The notes below the pieces were generated by a model. It saw nothing but the letters and a program-made list of their open reading frames with translations. It was not told the DNA's origin and did no database searches. DNA of 64,000 nucleotides, taken from contig OZ316775.1 of assembly GCA_973851085.1 (NCBI GenBank), forward strand, positions 15,934,001 to 15,998,000. The letters are read 5' to 3'. Of this stretch, positions 51,721 to 64,000 are shown in pieces; within the stretch, counting starts at the first letter, position 1, and each line of letters begins with the position of its first letter. The position numbers and the translations under genes were made by a program. Origin of the DNA: Ptychomitrium polyphyllum (taxonomy: Eukaryota).

Positions 51721-54700
51721 ATCCGCATTGGAGTTGGTTCCCCGTGGAAAGTCCATCATCAACAAAAGCTTACTGGGTTGTGATCAACAGGAGCTACAGC
51801 TGCAGCAGCACTTAAGTTGTACAAGCTTCTACGCTTTTTGTCCATGTTCGAAGTTCCGACTTCCAGGTAAGCTTGATGGGGTGAGAAGCAATCTTCACTC
51901 TTTCTCCGAAACCACATATCTCAACTTCTGCTTCGATAATTTTAATCTCAAGAAACACAGGAATTTCCAGTCCTTTCCAACGAACTCGTGTCTTGGCACG
52001 CAGATAGAGAGTTGTTGAGATAACCACCGTGTGCTTAGCTTGCTTAGCTTTTGGAAAGATAGAAATTGGACACCAACCAGTCAAGATAGAAAGAACTTGT
52101 GCACAATGGAGCTGCAAAGAAGTTTCTTGTCCTCAGAACATTAGGTGTTAGCATCAATTAAATTTTGTGCCGGCGGGTTAACAATAATTGGAAGGAACCA
52201 AATGTTTATTTAGTGTCAAAGACAGTAGGAAAATATTTCTACAATAACTTCATTTTCAAAGATCTTCCACATGGAGTGTAAGTGATTCAAATAAGTATAA
52301 TACTGATTGACTTTGAGTGTAAGTTACAACACTATTTTGAACAGGCTACGTCAATCGCAGTTTTTTTGTTATAGACAGTTTGAGTACAAATTGCACTATT
52401 ACAAAAGTTGTCAAATGAATCATTGTAATTTTGAAGGAGGGTGAGTTTAGGTGAAATTGATTAAATTTTAAAGGCAATTTAGATCTTCCACGTTATCTGG
52501 ATATTTCAACCTGGATGACTGGACTGACTGAGTATTCAGCAGAAGACTGGAAGCTTTAACCTGCTTCATTAGTCTTCAAACTTTTAAGAGACGTGGTGGC
52601 ACTTGGGATTCTGCAGTATCTCCACTTCAAGAAGCAAAGGTATAAGCAGGTTAACCCTTTGGAATTGACTTTTAAAAAAAAGAAATCAGAGTACATTTTC
52701 TTTTGTGGACTCTAATGTATTGTAAGTGTTCATTGTTCTATGTATGTTGAAAATTTGTAGTAAATCATGAATATTCAAGGTTATACTATTTTAAGAAAGA
52801 AGAAATTTAAGAAGTATCAAATTTTCTTCAAAAAATAATTGGGATTCCTAAGGTTTAATGGAATCTCTTGTTTCACATAACAATGAACATTAACATTAGT
52901 AAGTTAACTCATCATCAACCTGCTCTTCAATATGCAAGAATAACTCAATTTGCACAAGCTATAATAAGGTTCTACATTGTTGCTAACAAATTTGCAACAA
53001 ATTGGAAGAACTCATAACATTTCAAAGTAATGAGGCTTACAAGGACCTATTCCTTATTTAAGGTCCAAGCTTGCTTATTATAGCTACATTTGGATATGTT
53101 CCATTCAGTTCATAGAATTTTGCCTTTATATGTTGAATAGCCTTCTCACTGCATGTTTCTCCTTGGGCCTTTTAAGAAAAGCACTTCCAAATACAATACT
53201 TTTGTTTTTTTGAATGGCATTTTCCTTCCATGCCCTTGGTATACGCCACAAATAAAGCATGCTTTTAAAGTGCAAGAAGATTGTACATCAATCAAAATGT
53301 TGGTCAAACAAATTAGCTACACTAAAGAAAGAATTGATAGAATTTGCAATTGATAACAAATGAGGAATTGATAGAATTTGCATTTAATAACAAACAAGTA
53401 TATGAGGTGGCATTTGATTCTAATTTGGCCTTTGATATAATGTAAGCCAAGCCCAATATAATATTTTCTCATTAAAATTCAATTTTCCAAGAACAGCAAA
53501 TATTTGTAATTTAAAAATATCACAATAGTATATGATAGATACTCCATGACTTTTTAATTTGAAATAATAAGGAATTTGTTACACATTGACATTTGCTACA
53601 AAAGTTTTAATGAAATGGAGTGAAGGTGGATTATAAAATATGGAAATTTAATGAAATATGAAAATAAACACTTTGGCCTAAATGTATACTTAGGAATTAA
53701 GCTATTAAGTTTAGCCACCATCTTGTTATATTTAAAATTATATTATTATTTAAGAACATTTTTAGACACTTTTTTTCTAAAGGTATGATTCCATTTTCAT
53801 AGGTTCAATTCTATATTACTAAAAGAAAGTTTAATTCAAGCTTAATGTTATATATGAACCCACTTTATCAATCCAATTTATCAATCTTAATTGCCATATG
53901 CATTCATTGTAATTAACTATCAAATTATTATATACCAACACAAAAGTAAGCTACTTTAATTATTGAAGCTTGTTATAAGAAGTTGTAAGTTATGGAATAA
54001 AGTAAAAAGAGATATGCCTTAAGACTTTTAGGTACAAAAGAGTAATCTCTAAGCCAAAAAAAAATAAAGCTAAATCTAAAAGGTATACAAAATCCAAGTC
54101 TCTAAGTGGAACACACTAAGCATATATAAATTACCATTGCTTAAGTATTCTAAAATAAATAATTCATTTCCTTCCAATATCCATTGCCATAAGCTTCAAC
54201 TTTCAATTCAAATTGTTTTTAAAAGAGGAAAGAAGGGATTTGAATAATTTTCAATACTTTCACTATAGTCTTTTTTTGTATTTGTAAACGAGTTACATAG
54301 ACAATATTCTTATTTATATCAACTTGCCTATTTTTGATTCACCTTGTAGATTTTTGTCAACTTTGGAAATAAAATAAAGTCTTTGGATATAAAGCTTATT
54401 CTAGCATCTAGATCTATGAATCCTTCTTCAAATCTTTGATTCTTAGGTAGTATGATGAAGATGATGAGCAAAACAATGCCAGATATTAAAGTGAAATAAT
54501 GTTGTTAATTAAAACTGATAACAAATGATTCTGTGTGGAAAGAGAGTAAAGCTAGGTTGAAGGTGGAACAAACGAAATCTTGAGACAAGGATAGATGGTG
54601 CAAAATCATCTACTAAATGGAGATGGGATTGTGGAAGGGGAGAATTTGGGAGCACCACCTACTTCTTTGACCAGCCTGTGAGAATGGCCAGTTGGAATCC

Positions 54701-55164
54701 TAAACACAAAACCAACATGGTTACTAGATTTGGAGACAATAACAGTGACATCAAAGTGATAACTCATCATTGTGATTCAATGTCAACTTCACATAACAAT
54801 GACATAAGTCGAAATGATCCCAAATGACATAAAAAACGTTTTAACATTAAAATGATGTCAAAACGACATGGAAATGACATGGAAACGACATTGATCAAAT
54901 TGAAATATATCAAAATGTCATGCAAAAATGAATCAAAATGACCTCAAATCCACTTAAGATTGTCATTTTCACATCATTTTGATGTCACTTTCACACCAGT
55001 ATTACTGCACAGACATTCATATCATTCAGACAGCCTCAAACTCTAGAACATTCTGATGGTATCTGGATGTGATGGTGATGGTGATGTTAGTCTGATGATA
55101 TGGCCATGTAACCTTGATGTCAAGACACTTACTTACGCATTGCTGATGACATCACACCCCATGT

Positions 55165-55234
55165 GGAAATGACACATAGGAAATGACACATAAGAAATGA
55201 CACATAGGAAATGACACATAGGAAATGACACACA
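55165..55234 (+). repeat. 14-bp tandem repeat x5 (GGAAATGACACATA)
   Basis: Units at 55165, 55179, 55193 (G>A), 55207 and 55221 (degenerate end). Confidence 0.95.
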
Positions 55235-55668
55235 CACAGGAGAGCGAGGGATGGGCAGGATATGAGAGAGGGAGAGAGAGGCGGCTATGGTGCATGCATG
55301 CATGCCGTGTGTGCTGCCACAGAATTCCTTCTTTGGGTGAGCGTGGAGGTGGCATGATTGAGCAGTCACGTCATTTTCACGTGAAAGTATTGCCTTTGGA
55401 CGTGAAGTGGCTTTTTGTAGAGCTCGCAGTCGATGTAGAGATGATGGAGATTGGTAGCTCGTTCGGTTCGTAGCTAGTGATCGCAGCCGGGGATGTTTGG
55501 TATGTGTGAGAGAGAGAAAGCGTTGTAGCGAGATGCACAGTTGATCTCCAAGTTTTGAACGATCCGTCAGCTGGGAGTCAAATCATTTGCACCGGCAGCG
55601 AGGGGATGCGCTTCGGGTTTCCAGGTGAGGTGCAGGTTGATTCTACAAGGGTTTGAGATTGGGTTACG

Positions 55669-55670
<2 letters not shown>

Positions 55671-55701
<31 letters not shown>
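55671..55701 (+). repeat. (GT)15 microsatellite in probable 5' UTR intron of ETFQO
   Basis: Uninterrupted GT run between a candidate donor (CAG/GTGAGG, 55625) and a candidate acceptor (TGCAG, 55915). Confidence 0.9.
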
Positions 55702-55706
<5 letters not shown>

Positions 55707-55976
55707 AATCAACTCTGCATACGATGTCGTATCTTCCTTGTTTGTTGAGTGCAGGGAGTTTTTTTGGAACGGTAATCGTAGTAGTTGTTGGAATTCTGAG
55801 CGAGTCTTGTCTTGCGGTGAACTGCTGATGCGAATTGGTGCAATGATGCTGTAGCATGTGCTTGTTTGTATGGTTATTCTAATGTGGACAGTGGGCGTGG
55901 GTGATGATGCTGCAGGAGAGTGACACTGAGAAGAAGCTGAAGGATTAGGGCTTGGTTGAGAAGAAAGGTTGCGCAC

Positions 55977-58900
55977 ATGGGGCGGTTGTTTCGAACGCGG
56001 AGTTTATCGGCTCCCCTTCTTGCAAGAGGTCATCATGTTAATCCAGGGCGTCCTGCAGCTTCTTCCCAATTACTTACAGGAGAAACGAGAAGCGCTTGTT
56101 CTTGTCAAGGTGCTTCTAGCTCGGGGCGCAGAGCTGGAGAGTCCGAGGTGATAGTTCAGAAGCAGGATGGTCTTCTCATGAGGATTTTAGGTCACGGAAG
56201 CACGATATCAGCGAAAGGATCACAATCAGCTTGCATGCGATCTGGGCACCGTTGGCTGCAGCTTGAGAAAGCTCGGCAATTTAGTGGTGAAGCCAACAGT
56301 GATGATGAGCGTGAGGTGATGGAGTACGACGTGGTGATCGTAGGAGGGGGACCGGCTGGTCTTGGAGCAGCCATTAGGTTGAAGCAGCTGTGTCAGGAGA
56401 AGGGCCGCGATCTCTCTGTTTGTATTGTTGAAAAAGCACCGGAAGTAGGTCAGCTCTGTTTTCCTCTCTCAAATCGCTTCAGTACCCTTTCTTTTTATGA
56501 AGTGAGCTGTTTCGCACAAAAAACTGTTAGGCGGATTGTCTTCTGTTTTATCAGTGAATGAAATTCTGGACGAAGGCATGTGCTTAAGTCCAAGATTAGT
56601 TTGTGGTTGGGGAATCACTTGTTTTCCAGGAGAAGAGACTGGTCTTGTTTTGGCAACTTAGGGTTTCCGAAGGCACAGAACATATTCGACCTTCTGTATA
56701 AAATAAGCCAATGAACTCGCATTTTGGTTTGCAGGTGCACATATTTTGTCTGGTAACGTATTTGAGCCGCGGGCCCTGAGCGAGCTTTTCCCAGATTGGA
56801 AGGAGCAAGACGTAATCAACTTACCATGTCAGCTTTCCCTTCTTGACACTAGTTTGGCTTCTAGAATGTTACTTTGTGTAACGCGCTGGATGTTTATACA
56901 TCATCAGGTGCTTTGTTAGAAGTGTGGATTCTTGTTCAACTGGTGCTAGACTGCATGAGTTCTACGACTTTGTCAAGTCGAATCATCTGGAGATTTCTGT
57001 TTGTTAAACCATTTGACATTCTGACTATGTCAGATTTGTATTCTATAGACGATTTTATCTCTATATCAGCAGCTTCAATGTATGCATTTTTTATTTATAA
57101 TTTCATGGCCACGACGAGTGAGAGGTTTTAGTCATGTTGGTTCTTCTGCGAGGTTTGGGTGCAGGCTCCAGTGAAGGTGCTGGTCACAGCTGACAAGTTT
57201 TGGTTTCTAACGGAGAAGCGTGCCGTGCCAATGCCGTCACCTTTCAACAACGAGGGAAATTATGTCATAAGGTGATTAGTCCATACCATGTCAAGCCTAT
57301 TTGTGGCATTTTCAGCTATTCATAACATTATTGCAGTATGAAATTTTTAACATTCAAATTCTTCTCCTATTGGTGCTGTTTCTGCTCATGTGTTGTCCTG
57401 ACCCGAGTTCAATCTGATTTGATAGAAAATTTATATGATTCAAATCTTCGCCAACGCTTTGTCGTGTTTGTAATTAATGACATTATCTGCACCTTGTATT
57501 TTAAAAATGCCATGTTCTCAGGGTTGTATGTGATATATGTACAGTCTGAGTGAGCTCGTGCGATGGCTAGGAGCAAAGGCCGAAGAACTTGGGGCTGAGA
57601 TTTATCCAGGCTTTGCAGCTAGTGAGGTGCAGGACATTCCAACTGTTTGCTTTCCACAGTGGGATACTATGTCTAGCGTGTGGATATGGTCTTATCTTCC
57701 TTGCAGAACATGCAATTTCTGGCACGCGTGAAGCGCAGGTCTTTCAGTATTGTGTGATTGCAGGTCTTATATGAGAACGACCGAGTTGTGGGAATAGCTA
57801 CAAATGACATGGGTATTGCCAAGGACGGCTCAAAGAAGTCCAACTATCAGCGGGGCATGGAGTTAAAAGGTAGGTATTTTTTTTGTAAACTTCAATGATC
57901 TGTATTGCCTTGGCAATGAGCAGATAACCTTTAACAGCGTTGATTTTAGTATGGTTCTGTGTATGTTGGGTGCTTTACTGTTTGCTTATTCAATTGTCCT
58001 CTTTATCTCAACTGTAGGCCGGCTCATTCTTTTTGGAGAAGGCTGCAGAGGTTCTCTATCTGAGGTATATTACGTCTTATTGTGTTGTTCTCATGTAACA
58101 CCTTCTAGACTTTGTGTAACACCTAGGTACACTGAAATCTTCTTTCTGACCCTCCTTGTAGTATATAATTAGGGCCTAAACTTTAGCTCCTTATCCCATC
58201 GCCTAGTAGAAATGCACGTTCTCTTTTGTCGCAAAATTAATAACTCTGTCTGATTTGGGACAGACTATCATTAAGAAGTTCCAATTACGAGAGAAAGCAC
58301 AAGCGCAGCACCAAACATATGCTCTTGGGATTAAGGAGGTGTGGTCTGTTTTCCTTCATATCTCGAGTTTGAAGCTAGAGCTTGGTATAGTGGACAGTTC
58401 TGGAATTGTTTGTTAGCTTTAACCATTGTAGATACAGAACATGCAGAACTAGAGTGCTTTGATAATTACTGCTCCATTTCCATGTAGAGAGCAGGTGTGG
58501 GAAATTGAGGATAGCAAGTATCGACCTGGTTACGTGCTTCACACTTTGGGCTGGCCACTGGATTACAAAACTTACGGTGGCAGTTTTCTGTATCACATGG
58601 ACGAGCGGCATGTGAGGATAATCTTACTTAACATTGAAGCCCTACTTATTACTTTTCTTTTCTATTACGGTTGCTTCTTAGCTTCCTCTAATAATAGTAT
58701 TATAGAAACCAGTTAAGGTAATGGATCAAATAGGAACCCGCTTCTTCTGTACATGTCTTTTGTGACTGTTGCAAGATCCAACATTTTTAGTCGTATTTTG
58801 TACATGTTTACATACCTAAAAAAGTCGATCTCTTTATCACAATTAGAGTCATAACCTACAAAGAGGGTTACACATTGATATATCATTTTGTAATTCCTTA

Positions 58901-61708
58901 GAGGGAATATTTACATCAAGACTGTTAACCACCTTGCAGGTTGCCATCGGGCTTGTGGTGGCACTGGATTACAAGAATCCTTATTTGAATCCATATGAAG
59001 AGTATCAGGCATGGATGTTTTCGCAAATTACTTTTACGTATTGTTGGTGTAATTGGCCAGAGCTTGGGGGTTGATGATTCTTGAGCCGTTAGAGGCATTT
59101 TTGGTTTACAAACAATTCAGCTGGTTTTCTCCAATCAAATTTAGGATGAATCAGAGTTGTGTGGATGGTGCTAAAGCTGTAGAACCTGATGTATTACTTC
59201 TCTTTGATTTTATTTAGTTCGTATATGTATTTATTTAGTTCGTATATGTATTGCATTTTCATCTTGTAATGAACAGGTATAGTTTCAACAAGTTTTGCGC
59301 AGATTATTCAGCAGTCAATCCTTTTACAGAACCTTTCCACTGTAAGCTGGAACGTGTTCCTAGGGATGCTTGAGTTTGTAACTTGGGATATAATAAGTAA
59401 CAGTTTTCATACGGATTTCTTCATGGGGTTAACAGAGGTGGAAGCAGCATCCATCAATAAGGCCAACCCTAGAAGGCGGGAAAGTCATTCAGTATGGTGC
59501 TCGTACCTTGAATGAGGGTGGATTTCAAGTAAGATCTTTCTCGCTGATCTTCACTTGAATGACTTTTCTTATGTCTTGTGGATGTTTTCTTAAAGGTTAC
59601 TGACGTGTGAGCTACAATTACTTCATCGTTCTCTCTTTCTGTATTTGCCTAATATTTTTCCTTCAAGGCGAAATAGCCTAATCGCAAAACGGATGTTATC
59701 AGAACGTTCATAATTCAACATGCATCCGCATCTTGTAAGAGTTCATTTTGCTATATCTATCATTACTGTTGTGTTCATCTTCCACTCACCTTATATTGCT
59801 TGGCAGTCTATACCTAAAACGGCTTTCCCAGGAGGTGCTTTGTTAGGTGACAGTGCCGGTTTCCTTAATGTTCCAAAGATTAAAGGCTCACATACTGCTA
59901 TGAAGTCAGGTATAAACACATGCTTATCTACTGTACTCATTCCTTTTGCATTTTTTATTCCCGTGTTATCCCTCCGTTTTGGTTTTGTCTTCCAAGTTGT
60001 ATTTACATATTTGTGGTGCAGGTATGTTAGCTGCTGAAGCAGCCTTTGAAGCATTGGGAAAAGCAGAGCAGCCGAGTATGGAGACATATTGGAAGGCCTT
60101 GCAACAGTCTTGGTTGTGGCAAGAACTAAAGTCTGTTCGCAATGCTCGCCCTGTATGACATCCTTCCTCAACATCCTGTATATTTTCTAATTGAAACAAC
60201 TCTTCGGAGGGTTTTGTGCGAGGCTGAGTATTTTTAGGCGCAATATCATGTTTTAATTTTCATGTTTTAGTAATCAATTCTCATCATCAGAGTGGTTTGC
60301 TTTCCATGAGAACAGGCCTTCCATCACGGGTTGCTGCCAGGCATGGCGCATGCTGGTTTGGATCAGTAAGACATGATTCTCAACTGTATATCAGATTCTG
60401 TTATTCTTCTGGTTGGTTAGAATCTGTGCTGAACTCAGCTGCACCCTATTTTTCAGATGTGGCATCTCATACGAGATATAATTTCTGATGTGATTGAGGT
60501 TGTGCTTCTAAGTTGGATTTGTTTTCTGGTGGAAAGTTACTTGTTTAGGGGTAAGATACCTTATACTTTGCGGCATGGTGCTCCTGATCATAAAGCTACA
60601 GAGGTACGGTGTTGGTCATTTTATGCGTACGTGTTTAAATGAAAAGTAGCTGGTAAGAACATTAAATCATAGTCCACTTACTGCTGTGACAAAGCTTCAG
60701 AATGTGTTTTGCAAGATTTAATCCTTTCTGAGAAATTCTTCTGCAGCCAGCTTCAAAGCATAAGCCAATTCTCTATCCAAAACATGATGGTGTGATCTCA
60801 TTTGACTTGCTTACATCGCTTTACAGGTTCAATTCCATCTTATTTCTAGTATTCGGTGTATCTCTCGTCTACAATCATTACGTTACGCTTCAAAAAATTT
60901 GTTTATTTCTACAATTTTTTTACATGTCTTGTTATGACTTAATTAATAGTAGATAATGAGTACATGTTTTCTTCCAAACTATAACATTGATATTTTATTT
61001 TTATATTTATGCAGGAGTAGTACAAATCATGAGCATGATCAACCATCACATTTACGTCTACGTGATCCGAAAGTCCCAGAATCTGTAAACTTGCCAGAGT
61101 ATGCAGGACCAGAATCCCGGTACTGCCCAGCTCGAGTATACGAGTACGTTATTGTCCCTATTCCTAAGTTGGTAGCCCCCCTTTCGATTACTTTTTTTGC
61201 ACTACGTAGTTACCAAAATTTGAATTGGCTTACTTCATGCCCTTGTAATGTCTTTCCACTGAGACAGCTAGATCGTCTTGCTCGTAGTTGCTGAAGCACC
61301 ACTGCTTCCAGGTCTAAAAGTGCTCTATATGACGATCCACAATGGAAGCGTAGAACCACATAACTCTTCCTTTTCGTAATCAATTGCACATTTCTACTAT
61401 GACACTCACTCATTTGTGATGTCTGATTTTCAGGTACGTTGCAGACGAGAATGACAAAATGAAACTGAACGTCAATGCTCAGAATTGCCTGCATTGCAAG
61501 GTGGGTTTGTCTGTGACTAACTATTGGCTTTTAGTCAACTTCGATAAAAGCTACTTCATAATTCAGAACAACATGCATATCGAAAATGATTAAATCAATG
61601 AATATGGTGCTGTGTGATCACTAGGCGTGCGACATCAAGGATCCAACGCAGAACATTCTATGGACTGTCCCAGAAGGAGGTGGTGGCCCAGGTTATACAC
61701 TAATGTGA
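55977..61708 (+). CDS. ETFQO: Electron transfer flavoprotein:ubiquinone oxidoreductase, mitochondrial; 18 exons: 55977-56448, 56735-56811, 57165-57271, 57545-57626, 57764-57869, 58018-58064, 58264-58338, 58495-58611, 58940-59008, 59436-59528, 59807-59909, 60022-60152, 60316-60365, 60537-60603, 60747-60826, 61015-61143, 61434-61500, 61625-61708
   Basis: [13 protein letters not shown] (FAD binding), [76 protein letters not shown], and the 4Fe-4S ligands YCPARVYE...NCLHCKACDIKDP, ending [12 protein letters not shown]. Presequence-like N-terminus. Confidence 0.97.
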
Positions 61709-62917
61709 GCTTAAGGCCCTTTTCAGGATTAGTTCACGAATAAAAGTGTGGTGCACTAAAATGATTGGTACAAAGTTGCTAATTTCCATGAATTATCTTT
61801 GAGGCTGGGTTCTGCAGAATACACATTCTTTGTTCACCTGGCTTTGGGTTGCTGAAGTTTATGCAAACTTTTTAAAATTCTTGCTGGTGTGCAATCGAGT
61901 AATGTCTACTAATTAACAACATTCCAAGTCTACTTGTGTGGTCTTAATTCGTAAAACAACTATTAGCTATTATACTATGTGGACAATGTGCATGTTCTTT
62001 TACAATCTACGACTATAGGATTATCATCACTGTAACTAGTGGTTTTCTAGTTGAACTGCAAGATGAAACTACGTATTTCATTCTGAATTGTCAAAATTAT
62101 ACAAGGAATAATTTAATACCTTCTCATCAAGCAGGGAGCAACGCTGTCATTCGGCAATGACAGTCACTTGGCTTCACAAGTAATACATTCGTTGCAGATA
62201 ACATAGGAATCTTCAATAACCAGCTCAAAACACGTGAATCATCTTTGTACCTTTCCAGGCGTCGTCAAACATGGTGGAATCATTACAGCTTCTTCACGAA
62301 AGTGGAAGGACGTTGAATCATTCCAACTGGCCCTACCACGCTTTTAATCAACTGTGACATAATTATATGCCATATGCACATATAGCTGATGCTGCGGAGT
62401 TGAAGAGCTTTCCCTCAGCTAATGTCTGAAAACTATACCTCTTACTGTTCCTGAGAACATTGCCAGAAGTTATATTTTATTGCTAAAAATGATAAGTAAA
62501 GGATATCATTCAAAGAATATTGATGCAAAATTGTTAATATTTACGAAACAATGTAACTGCATATTCACTATCTGCCAGTGAAGCTTATAAACATTAGCAT
62601 TCCATCCGAACTTTGACTACATGGTCGGAAATTTATGTACTTTCGACCAACGCCTTCACGTTCCCTTCACTTCCAATGTTTCTGTGAGAAAAATGCTCCA
62701 AGGCTGTTCAAAAGATTCTCTACCCTACACTATGAAGCACACACATCATCAGCAGCAGTTTGAAAGGCTCCACACTAAAACCCTAAACCATCCATTTCTA
62801 AATAAGACTGACTAAGGCATACAGTGCTGTATGGTATGTGCACTAGTCTAGTGCGAAAAAAGCTTGCATCACATCCAATGAGAGAATTCGAAAGAAAACC
62901 TAGCCATGGTCACTTAC

Positions 62918-63595
62918 CATGTGCACACAGTTTTGCTTATGGCGAACATCTTTTTTAACAATGAGCTCGACTTCCACCCCTCGAATGAAGTTTACGCCTG
63001 CATTGCCTTCGAAGAAATCCTCTTTATCACTGTCTTCTGCCATGTCGTCGCCAAAGATGTGCCTTGTCTTGTCATATTTGTCGCCATGAGCATCCGCACG
63101 ACCAAAATTCTCCCTGGCCTTACGGGAGCTGACTGTGTCCGGATCGTGGCTGCCGAAGAGATTGCGGCCTTTCTCTCCCAGTTGGAATGCCGTGTCCTCA
63201 CAGCCGAACAGATTGACGATATGGTGACACCCCATATCTCTGATGCCGAACAAATCTCTATGTTCTCGAGCTGGCACATCCGCATCCTCGAAACCAAAGA
63301 TCGCTTAATGTCTTGTTCCGCGGTGACGCCGGTGGTGCTCCGCAGCTACGCCCGAACGAACACCCCTGCAAGCTGGTAGATCTCCATAAACAGCCATAAT
63401 CTTGAAATCTGGAAAAACCGCAGGAGCACCAGATATGGCGGCATCCTCAGCGAGTACATGGGAAACCTTCCAGTAATGGAAACCGTGTTTCCAAAACCTG
63501 GGCACCTTGTCATCAGCTGTGAAGTGAATTCTCTGGCGTCGCTCTCGCTTTCTGGACGTCAGCACTCCTCCGCCCAAGTCGAACGTGTCAATCAT
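62918..63595 (-). other. Unidentified coding-like segment with repeated acidic xLFG motifs and one in-frame stop
   Basis: ORFs 63595-63305 and 63277-62900 share a frame, separated by one TAA. Motifs IFGFED, DLFGIRD, NLFGCED, NLFGSHD, NFGRAD, IFGDD. A strong donor ATG/GTAAGT is at 62918/62917. Confidence 0.4.
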
Positions 63596-64000
63596 TTCAT
63601 CTTTTGACCCTCAAATCCCCAATCAATCAAACTCATTTCAATGAAGGAGACTGTTTAGCGTCATCCGCCCTGATGTCAATCTATGTTGAGCTGCACTTTT
63701 CCATGAATTTCGGTTCTAATGTTTCACCAACGAATTCCTCACATTCTATTGAACTTGAATGAAATCTCGCAGCAAGACATTCAGTTCTGGGAGGCACCAC
63801 TTCAGACGACCGTTGAGTTTCCCGGTGTCCTCTGTGAAACTAAGACATCACGGACGGCATCTTCAATGCTGCGTCTCACAATTTGGAAGTACAAACAATC
63901 ATTCTACCGTAATATGGAATAGTATAAATCTTTTCACCGTTGTCTTAGAGGATGCTCGCACCTGGGCGTCCAGAGCTGCAAACAGAGTCGGCACAGAGTG

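Noticed and set aside
52700..54500. AT-rich block with a 34-bp-period duplication at about 53331-53394 and short ORFs
   Set aside because: No family, termini or TSD could be identified.
55165..55234. CRISPR-like appearance of the 14-bp array
   Set aside because: No spacers, eukaryotic context and no cas genes. It is a plain minisatellite.
62906..63379. 157-aa plus-strand ORF
   Set aside because: No recognisable domain. The motif periodicity and splice donor favour the minus strand.

Overview
Eukaryotic land-plant genomic DNA. The intron-rich genes and the chromovirus-type LTR elements point to a moss such as Physcomitrium (inference). Five genes look intact: a short-ectodomain LRR receptor-like protein with a probably dead kinase domain (+, 1889-4318), a PP2C phosphatase (-, 9748-7569), a QALGGH C2H2 zinc-finger/EAR repressor (-, 21249-20494), an NHL-repeat protein (+, 46215-49721) and mitochondrial ETF:ubiquinone oxidoreductase (+, 55977-61708, 18 exons, one GC-AG intron). 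There is also an RKF3-like receptor-kinase pseudogene (-, about 51720-50480). The centre (about 26.2-45.7 kb) is very AT-rich. It holds a nested Ty3/Gypsy chromovirus cluster (33134-44242) with several solo LTRs, a long tail-to-tail inverted repeat and a G-tract. The most interesting signal is in the AT-rich DNA that this LTR nest interrupts: decayed, convergent reading frames resembling a D5/P4-type primase-helicase (+, about 30405-31073) and a family-A-like DNA polymerase (-, about 33133-31700). Together they are a candidate fossil of a self-replicating virus- or plasmid-like element. All exon models and family calls were made by eye and need confirmation.
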